From the IMG/VR virus record IMGVR_UViG_3300009285_000002: DNA of 13,080 bases. One strand, written 5' to 3'. The stretch comes from a virus (lineage: Duplodnaviria; Heunggongvirae; Uroviricota; Caudoviricetes). Below are positions 7,654-13,080 of this stretch, in pieces. The notes beneath the pieces were generated by a model, which had not been told where the DNA came from, searched no databases, and saw only the letters and a list, made by a program, of their open reading frames with translations. Position 1 is the stretch's first letter. Each line of letters begins with the position of its first letter. A program made the position numbers and the translations under genes.

Positions 7654-10600
7654 AAACTACAGGACTGCCAGCCTTTAGAGTAATCTACTGAAAACAAACA
7701 CCTAAACACGGAGAAAACCTGCAATGGCAACTCCGTCCCGACCATGTAATTGGAGGGCTAACGACTATGAGAAACGAAAAAGAAATAACTAAATATATAG
7801 CAAGCTCCTTATTAGGAGATGGTAGTATCTGTATAGATAGAAGAGACTACTACAAAAATGGGAATGCAAACTTTGAAATATGTCAGACAACAGACCACCT
7901 AGACTATCTGGAATGGCTACAGGACAAATTAAATCCTCTGACAAGCGCAACTCTAGGACTTAAACCTAGTAATAAAGTAGAAAAAGAAGTTATATTTCCA
8001 AATGGAATTACATCAACCGTAAAACCACAATATAGACTAAGAACTGCAAGACACCCATTTTTCAATAAGTTTAGAGATAGACTTTATGGAACAGGTAGGA
8101 AGACAATAGACAATCATTATTTTACACTATTTGATTGGGAGACACTTGCAATGTGGTACATGGAAGATGGCTATATATCAAATCCAATATCAAGAAATAG
8201 ATACGGAAGCGGGTACAGATATTCAGTTTTAGGATTATGTACTCAAGGGTTTACTCAGGCAGAAAATTTTGTTCTGAAAAAGTTCTTGAAAGAAAAATTT
8301 AACTTGGAATTCAATCTTCAACAAGCAAAATACCCATCAGGTATCAAGTATAAACTGGTGGCAAAATCGGATAATATACCGATATTTTTAGAGGGAGTTT
8401 CAAAATTTATTCTTCCGTCATTTGAATATAAATTGGATTATAAGCACGAAAAAATTTCTCCAAGAGGTGACTCCTCCAAACAAGAGGATGAAGATATAGT
8501 CTGAACTGCAAGGAAATAAAACTTGCAGAGCTACTCAGAAATGCAGTAGCCATGGAGTAAAATCTATGCAACAATTTTGACCTGGTGCCATTCATTTGGC
8601 TAACGAAATTACCGTGTCTGATAGAATCAATTATGTTCTTGATGGCGCGGACGTTAAAGTAACTTTTAACGAATGGGAAATGGAATCTGGCGAACTTGGT
8701 ACTGTTGATAGTATTAGAGCTGAAATGTTGGCCAAACTTCGTGATTTCTATATGAATAAAGTGTTTACTGCTCTTACTACTGTTTGGACTGCGGTGAATA
8801 CTCCAAACAACTTCACAAACGTTGGTGGAGCTTTGACTGCTACAGCCCTGAAGAATGCGATAAACTAAAATCTGTCGCCTATGCAAGTAATTGCATTTGA
8901 ATAATTAACCTAAAAACGGGGAAACTCCTGAAAGGGACAATCCCGTGCCAACTCGATATGAGAGGTGTAACGACTATGAATAAAATGGATTTAACTAAGT
9001 ATGTTGCTTACTTTACAATGGGAGATGGCGGACTCTACTATATTAGTAGAATAACAAATCCGCTATACCAAGCAGCTAAGATTATTAAGAACAACGACTA
9101 TGTTCTATGGCAAAAATCAATACTAGAGAATATAACTTCTGTATCTTATTCAGTAAAAGAGTTTGACCCTGAAATAGAAAGCAAGAATAAAATTCCGCAT
9201 AAAAGCCCCATAGCCATAATTAGAACAAAGTCTCATCCGTTCTTTACTTCAATTCATGAAAGATTGTATATTGACGGTCATAGAGTCATAGACCCACACT
9301 ATCTAAAACTAATGGATTGGGAAGCACTTTCAATCCTTTATCAGGATGACGGGTCAATAGCAATAGACAAAAGACCCGGTAGACTTCCAGTAGCTTATTT
9401 ACATATGAATAGGTACTCTTATGGAGACTTATTGCTAGTAAAAAAAGCCCTGAAAGATAAACTAAATCTTGAGTGGAATGTTCAAAGTGACAGTAAAGGA
9501 CACTATAGGCTTCAATTGAGAACTAAGGATTACCATGAGTTTGAGAGCGGAATTGAAGCGTATATTCTTGATAGTTTTAAGTATAAAATCCAAAAATTTC
9601 GTACGGTTGACTCCGAGAAATCGGATGATGAGATAGTCTGACCTCTATATAGATATAGAGAGTGTAGCAGAAATGACCTACACAATATAACAAAAATGAG
9701 ATAGAATTAACCAGACAACTGGTGGTGTGAAGGCAGTCATTGGAACTAGAGCCGCTCTTACACCAATTACTACTTTTGGTGCAGGATATACCGATGGAAC
9801 TGGTGTTTCTCAAGTTGTTCCTGATAATATCAGAGAGATAATGCAGACAGGTTGGCTTGGTAAATATTACGGTGCTCCCATAAACTAAGCGATTGTGAGA
9901 GCTTTATAAATATCGGGTGAATTGCTGGAAACCCTTGATACAGTATCTAGTACCACAGTGTAACAATCTAGAACTGCAAGACAATCAGCAGCCAAGCCTC
10001 AATAAGAGAAATCTTGAGGAAGGTTCAGAGACTACGTTCAGCCTAAAATAGAAATATCATGGCAATGACACGACAGCGCCCGACATTGGAGAAACATAAA
10101 ATGGTGACGGATTTAGATAAGTTTTTAGTTGATAATTATTGCACCAAACCAAAAGAGTATTTAGAACAAGAAACGGGAATAAAATTTTACACGCTGAGGT
10201 ATAAAGCAGAGAAATTAGGATTGCATAGGGCTGGAATTTGTAAGTACTGCGGAAAGAAATCCTATAAACAACACGATAACGAATGGCTTTGTGGGGATTG
10301 CTATTGGAATATATGCGGGTCTAGGTGTGTAGATTGCGGAAAAGAAGTAGCGGGAAGAAGTAACCGCTGTGAAAGATGCAAACAAGTCTACGTAGGCAGA
10401 TTAAATGCAAAACACGATGAAAAGTTCTGCCCAACGTGCGGAAAGAAGATAGCATTTTTAGCTAAAACCTGTGGTGGTAAGCACTGTAGACAAAGGTATG
10501 CAGTATTTACAGGACACGCAGAAGATAGAATATGTGCAGTTTGCAGCAAAGCTTTTATAGTTACCAAATACTTTGCTAGAACTAAAGCAGCTAAATTCTG

Positions 10601-11175
10601 CTCACAGAAATGTTACAAAGATGCTTTCTATCCAGCATTTAATAAGAATAGGGTTTTTACTCATAACGGAATAAGTATGCGGTCTAGTTGGGAAGTTAAA
10701 ATAGCATTCCTTCTAGAACAAGCAAAAATAAAGTTTGAGTATGAACCACAGAGAATAGGAAATTACATCCCGGATTTCTTATTACCAGAATACAATATTT
10801 GGTTAGAAGTAAAAGGATTTATGTCCATAAAGTCTATGAATAAGATAAGAGACTTTAGAAAGAAAGGATATACCCTTTACATTATCAACGAAAAGATTTA
10901 CAACCGTCTTAACTCCAATGAAGATATAGTCCAATTTTTGAATCGCACTTCAGCAACAATATGATAATCCAGAAGACTACAATGCCCTTCTACCTGCAGA
11001 CAAGGTTCTGGTTATTGGAAATAACGTAGGTGAGTTTATCACTTATGGTGATGTAAAAACCAAACAATGGTCAGACATGAATCCGACTCCACCACAGTGG
11101 TATCTAGAATTATTTCAACAGTTTGGTTTAATAATTGACAAGGCAGAAGGTATTTACGTCTTGAAAGTAGCTTAA
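7448..11175 (+). CDS. Major capsid protein, spliced: join(7448..7653,8580..8861,9699..9881,10941..11175), 906 nt, 301 aa
   Basis: The four segments join in one frame: ...KVHTLV|PGAIHLANE...ALKNAI|DRINQTTGG...GKYYGAPI|IALQQQYDN...IYVLKVA*. Size, position after the protease and decoration genes, and the GWLGKYYGAPII segment fit an HK97-fold capsid protein. Confidence 0.88.
7654..8579 (+). mobile_element. Group I intron 1 (926 nt, IA-like) with LAGLIDADG ORF
   Basis: P1 GCTGGT/GCCAGC; P2 TAGA-GTAA-TCTA; P3 CACCT (7699-7703)/AGGTG (8465-8469); P4 ACGGAG/CTCCGT; P7 GACTA (7763-7767)/TAGTC (8497-8501) within AAGATATAGTC; P8 TCCTC/GAGGA; P9 CTGCAAG/CTTGCAG; P9.1 GCTACT/AGTAGC; terminal G8579; P10 CAGG/CCTG. 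Confidence 0.9.
7767..8504 (+). CDS. Intron-encoded LAGLIDADG homing endonuclease (two-motif, I-SceI/LAGLIDADG_2-like)
   Basis: Motif 1 YIASSLLGDGSI, motif 2 TLAMWYMEDGYI, followed by LCTQGFT. GGAGG SD at 7752-7756. Lies entirely inside intron 1. Confidence 0.88.
   Translation: MRNEKEITKYIASSLLGDGSICIDRRDYYKNGNANFEICQTTDHLDYLEWLQDKLNPLTSATLGLKPSNKVEKEVIFPNGITSTVKPQYRLRTARHPFFNKFRDRLYGTGRKTIDNHYFTLFDWETLAMWYMEDGYISNPISRNRYGSGYRYSVLGLCTQGFTQAENFVLKKFLKEKFNLEFNLQQAKYPSGIKYKLVAKSDNIPIFLEGVSKFILPSFEYKLDYKHEKISPRGDSSKQEDEDIV
8580..8861 (+). CDS. Major capsid protein exon 2
   Basis: Follows terminal G8579 and restores frame (GT|A CCT). Ends GCG AT, where GCGAT pairs with intron GTCGC (P1, U.G). 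Contains the track ORF 8596..8868. Confidence 0.88.
8862..9698 (+). mobile_element. Group I intron 2 (837 nt, IA-like) with LAGLIDADG ORF
   Basis: P1 GCGAT/GTCGC; P2 ATGCAA-GTAA-TTGCAT; P3 TTAACC (8905-8910)/GGTTGA (9605-9610); P4 ACGGG/CCCGT; P5 TCCT-GAAA-GGGA; P7 GACTA (8972-8976)/TAGTC (9634-9638); P8 TCCGA-GAAA-TCGGA; P9 CTCTAT/ATAGAG; P9.1 GTGTAG/CTACAC; terminal G9698; P10 ATCT/AGAT. Confidence 0.9.
8976..9641 (+). CDS. Intron-encoded LAGLIDADG homing endonuclease (two-motif)
   Basis: Motif 1 YVAYFTMGDGGL, motif 2 ALSILYQDDGSI. Clearly similar to the intron 1 ORF. Start placed at ATG 8976 (SD-like GAGAGG at 8960-8965) by analogy with intron 1; the in-frame ATG at 8958 is the alternative. 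Confidence 0.85.
   Translation: MNKMDLTKYVAYFTMGDGGLYYISRITNPLYQAAKIIKNNDYVLWQKSILENITSVSYSVKEFDPEIESKNKIPHKSPIAIIRTKSHPFFTSIHERLYIDGHRVIDPHYLKLMDWEALSILYQDDGSIAIDKRPGRLPVAYLHMNRYSYGDLLLVKKALKDKLNLEWNVQSDSKGHYRLQLRTKDYHEFESGIEAYILDSFKYKIQKFRTVDSEKSDDEIV
9699..9881 (+). CDS. Major capsid protein exon 3 (not in ORF track)
   Basis: Open in the MCP frame: (A) GAT AGA ATT AAC... = DRINQTTGGVKAVIGTRAALTPITTFGAGYTDGTGVSQVVPDNIREIMQTGWLGKYYGAPI. Flanked by G9698 and by a P1 helix (GCTCCCAT/GTGAGAGC, one mismatch, U.G at the splice site). Confidence 0.88.
9882..10940 (+). mobile_element. Group I intron 3 (1059 nt) with a nuclease ORF in the P8 loop; P2 and P9 apparently absent
   Basis: Near-consensus P (AATTGCTGGAAA), Q (AATCAGCAG), R (GTTCAGAGACTAC) and S (AAGATATAGTCC, 10921-10932) elements; P3 TCGGGTG (9913-9919)/CGCCCGA (10077-10083); P6a CCTCAA/TTGAGG; P8 CATTGGAG (10084-10091)/CTCCAATG (10913-10920); terminal G10940; perfect 6-bp P10 GCGATT/AATCGC. 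Confidence 0.88.
10101..10964 (+). CDS. Intron-encoded Cys-rich (multiple CxxC) PD-(D/E)XK nuclease, putative homing endonuclease
   Basis: C-terminal MRSSWE...FEYEP...YIPDFLLPEYNIWLEVKGF is a PD-(D/E)XK signature. It is preceded by about nine CxxC/CxxxC pairs and a short N-terminal helical segment. Start placed at ATG 10101 (GGAG SD at 10088-10091); the track start 10059 lies in intron core sequence. The ORF ends 24 nt into exon 4. Confidence 0.78.
   Translation: MVTDLDKFLVDNYCTKPKEYLEQETGIKFYTLRYKAEKLGLHRAGICKYCGKKSYKQHDNEWLCGDCYWNICGSRCVDCGKEVAGRSNRCERCKQVYVGRLNAKHDEKFCPTCGKKIAFLAKTCGGKHCRQRYAVFTGHAEDRICAVCSKAFIVTKYFARTKAAKFCSQKCYKDAFYPAFNKNRVFTHNGISMRSSWEVKIAFLLEQAKIKFEYEPQRIGNYIPDFLLPEYNIWLEVKGFMSIKSMNKIRDFRKKGYTLYIINEKIYNRLNSNEDIVQFLNRTSATI
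10941..11175 (+). CDS. Major capsid protein exon 4 (not in ORF track)
   Basis: (A) ATC GCA CTT CAG... = IALQQQYDNPEDYNALLPADKVLVIGNNVGEFITYGDVKTKQWSDMNPTPPQWYLELFQQFGLIIDKAEGIYVLKVA, ending TAA 11173-11175. G10940 is the only nearby G giving the right phase and matches the P10 pairing. Confidence 0.88.
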
Positions 11176-11198
11176 TAATTAGGTTATAAAATAATAAA

Positions 11199-11232
11199 TC
11201 GGGTAGGTAGGCTTAATATCTTGCCTACCCGA
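11199..11232. terminator. 13-bp stem-loop downstream of the MCP gene (terminator or mRNA-stabilising hairpin)
   Basis: TCGGGTAGGTAGG-CTTAATAT-CTTGCCTACCCGA, with two G.U pairs. It is followed by an A-run rather than a U-run on the + strand, so the direction of any termination is uncertain. Confidence 0.5.
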
Positions 11233-11260
11233 AAAAAATTTAAAGGAGATAGACTAAATA

Positions 11261-11773
11261 ATGGATAACCAGGACAGAAACATTGTTAGCGGCGCGATTA
11301 ATGGTGGCGCACCACTGCGCTCATATATAAAGACTATATTGGGAAAGGTTTTTATAACTTTATGGGATTCGTTTGAGAAGCAGCCGGTTGGTGTACTACT
11401 AGAAGGAGATCCACGAAAAAAGGCCGAAACTAGCATAGTTGATATTTGGTCGGAGGAAGAGGATTTCTTTTTTCATAAAAAGAATACCAGGCATTTCGAG
11501 ACCGGTGATATAATCGCTTATGTGCGAGCCAGCGATGAAAAGGAGCGCACGATAGAGGAATTCTCAGATGATGAGCTTACATCCATAATAAATAGTAAGT
11601 TCTTTGCTTTGCAAAGTACACTGAATAGCACAAAATCTATTGCGGTTCTTTTTAGAATTAAGACATTAGCTCAAGAGTTGGAAAAATCAGAACGACTTAT
11701 GAAGGCCATTGATTCAAGAATATCAGAGGTTCAGGCAGAGGAATTTAAACCATCTGTTAAAATGGAGCTGTAA
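11261..11773 (+). CDS. Hypothetical protein, post-capsid position
   Basis: 170-aa ORF with AAAGGAG SD, abutting the next gene (TAAATG). No motif recognised. Confidence 0.75.
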   Translation: MDNQDRNIVSGAINGGAPLRSYIKTILGKVFITLWDSFEKQPVGVLLEGDPRKKAETSIVDIWSEEEDFFFHKKNTRHFETGDIIAYVRASDEKERTIEEFSDDELTSIINSKFFALQSTLNSTKSIAVLFRIKTLAQELEKSERLMKAIDSRISEVQAEEFKPSVKMEL

Positions 11774-12259
11774 ATGACTATAGATATAGAGATTAACATT
11801 GACTACTTGTTGCCAACCCTAAGACTTCACTTGGGAGATACTGATCCGGCCTCTTATAGATATGTGGATGGGTGGTTACGTGTTGCTCTAGTATCGGGTA
11901 TAAAGTCACTTCAGAGATGGTGGGGACTGCGCTACCTTATTAATTCAACTACCAATGATGTAGAGCGTGGTACGTCATACGATTTCATTCATGCAGATCC
12001 GCCAATAATACAGGACTCTGATGAAAGGCCAGTAATACTTATGTCGTCTGTATTAGTGAAGAGTGGCCAGCTAGAATCTAACTCATGGAATGTCGGTAGT
12101 TGGAAGGATGCAGAGATTGCAGTGTCTAATATAGAGGGAAATAGGGCTAAGATGTTTGGAGTTGGTATGGACTGGGATGAGCTTAAGATGTATATACTAC
12201 CACCTACAAAACGACTTTCATCGGCGCTAAGAATTTCACATCCTTCTGAAGAGGAGTAG
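11774..12259 (+). CDS. Probable head-tail adaptor/connector protein
   Basis: 161 aa. N-terminal LRLHLGDTDPASYRYVDGWL resembles the R-x-x-x-GD...D start of gp6/gp15-like head completion proteins. Position two genes after MCP fits. Confidence 0.55.
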   Translation: MTIDIEINIDYLLPTLRLHLGDTDPASYRYVDGWLRVALVSGIKSLQRWWGLRYLINSTTNDVERGTSYDFIHADPPIIQDSDERPVILMSSVLVKSGQLESNSWNVGSWKDAEIAVSNIEGNRAKMFGVGMDWDELKMYILPPTKRLSSALRISHPSEEE

Positions 12260-12264
12260 CATAC

Positions 12265-13080
12265 ATGTCTAGAGCTATAATAGCGGATGTAAGCTTCTAC
12301 GATGATGACCCAGGTATACAGGGGTATATTGACTATAATAAAATGAAGGCTGCCGGGATAAGCGGGGTGATTGTACGCGCAGGCCAGAATAAGTGGGTGG
12401 ACTCTTCTTTCAAACGCTCATGGGTGGATTCAAAATTAGCAGGAATTCCCAGAGGCTCATACTGGTACTTTGATGATAGAGTGTCACCACAGGATCAGGC
12501 TAGACTATGGATAAGAACACTAGGAGATGATCTTGGTGAGCTGCCATTATGCGCTGATCTTGAAGCTAGCTACGGTGGCGTTTTTGCTGATACTACTGGG
12601 TATAACTTTAAGCTATTCCTAGATGAACTAAAGCGTCTGGCCCCGTCAAAAGATATAATGATATACACGGGTTATTGGTACTGGAAAGAGAGGGTCTCTG
12701 CTGATCTACATTGGTACTTCAGTCAATTTAGATTATGGATAGCCGCCTATAACAACATCGGACCGACTGTACCAGAACCATGGCACAATTGGACTATGTG
12801 GCAATTTACTGACACTGGCAACGGTTTTATGTATGGTACTGACGGAAGTATAGACCTTAGCTACTTCAATGGTACTGATGTGGATTTTAGAGCTGAATTT
12901 AATTTAGGAGGCACCGTGCCAATCGAAAATGTTAAGGACACGGCAACAAATACCCATATGGGTGTTATGCTACACACAATTGAAAGATTTGGAACCACTT
13001 GTTTCGTGCATGTAATTGACACATCTTTGGCCAGAGTCGAGGTCTCAGATTGTGGTTTCAAAACACCGTCCTTCGCGGCT
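12265..13080 (+). CDS. GH25 muramidase (lysin), 3'-truncated by the window, with an additional C-terminal domain
   Basis: Open from ATG 12265 (SD GAGGAG) to the window end, 272 codons, translated by hand: MSRAIIADVSFY...VIVRAGQ...RGSYWYF...QDQA...LCADLE...IMIYTGYWYW...LWIAAY...WTMWQFTD...IDLSYFNG. These are the GH25 DVS, DxE, IYT, LWxAxY, WQFT and terminal D motifs. Confidence 0.9.
   Translation, partial: MSRAIIADVSFYDDDPGIQGYIDYNKMKAAGISGVIVRAGQNKWVDSSFKRSWVDSKLAGIPRGSYWYFDDRVSPQDQARLWIRTLGDDLGELPLCADLEASYGGVFADTTGYNFKLFLDELKRLAPSKDIMIYTGYWYWKERVSADLHWYFSQFRLWIAAYNNIGPTVPEPWHNWTMWQFTDTGNGFMYGTDGSIDLSYFNGTDVDFRAEFNLGGTVPIENVKDTATNTHMGVMLHTIERFGTTCFVHVIDTSLARVEVSDCGFKTPSFAA

Noticed and set aside
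7448-7678. 76-aa ORF as a stand-alone small gene
   Set aside because: It is MCP exon 1 reading 8 codons into intron 1; P1 pairing places the splice site at 7653.
8596-8868. 90-aa TTG-start ORF as an independent gene
   Set aside because: It is MCP exon 2. There is no SD, the frame is open upstream to the intron 1 terminal G, and the stop lies inside intron 2.
9640-9690. CTCTATATAGATATAGAG palindrome and the adjacent hairpin as terminator or repeat
   Set aside because: Explained as P9 and P9.1 of intron 2; the equivalent hairpins at 8506-8550 are P9/P9.1 of intron 1.
10059-10100. Longer N-terminus of the PD-(D/E)XK ORF (track start 10059)
   Set aside because: No SD before 10059, and the region forms P7.2/P3/P8. 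ATG 10101 has GGAG at normal spacing. Not fully excluded.
7448-11175. MCP as a pseudogene, or expressed by frameshift or stop-codon readthrough
   Set aside because: Three complete sets of splice signals restore one intact frame; frameshifting or readthrough cannot skip inserts of 0.8-1.1 kb.
876-13061. Minus-strand ORFs in the track (876-1262, 2144-2335, 2805-3077, 4156-4431, 4924-5532, 5516-5815, 6254-6841, 8407-8886, 9577-9813, 11254-11436, 12861-13061)
   Set aside because: All lie antisense to well-supported + strand genes, are Ser/Leu/Phe-rich as expected for shadow frames, and show no motifs.
1-13080. Alternative genetic code (TAG or TGA recoding), as in some phages
   Set aside because: TAG, TGA and TAA all end genes just before the next SD/start, and long ORFs are intact under code 11.
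1-13080. tRNA genes, CRISPR arrays, tandem repeats, DGR template/variable repeats
   Set aside because: None seen by eye. The only recurring sequences are short conserved intron elements; a computational self-alignment would be needed to exclude weak repeats.

Overview
This is a tailed-phage (Caudoviricetes-type) virion morphogenesis region, with every supported gene on the + strand. Gene order: glycosyltransferase-like / SAM methyltransferase / glycosyltransferase-like cassette (8-2387), large terminase, portal, prohead protease-scaffold fusion, probable capsid decoration protein, major capsid protein (MCP), a hypothetical protein, a head-tail adaptor-like protein, and a GH25 muramidase running off the window end (12265->13080, missing from the ORF track). 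Main result, read by hand from the sequence: the MCP gene is split into four exons (7448-7653, 8580-8861, 9699-9881, 10941-11175) by three group I introns. These join in frame to a 301-aa protein. Each intron has a P1 helix with a U.G pair at the 5' splice site, a terminal G, P10 pairing and recognisable core helices. Each also carries a nuclease ORF overlapping the ribozyme core: two LAGLIDADG-type and one Cys-rich PD-(D/E)XK-type. Intron 3 appears to lack both P2 and P9, and its ORF runs through the 3' splice site into exon 4. All family assignments come from motif recognition by eye; no database searches or folding programs were run.
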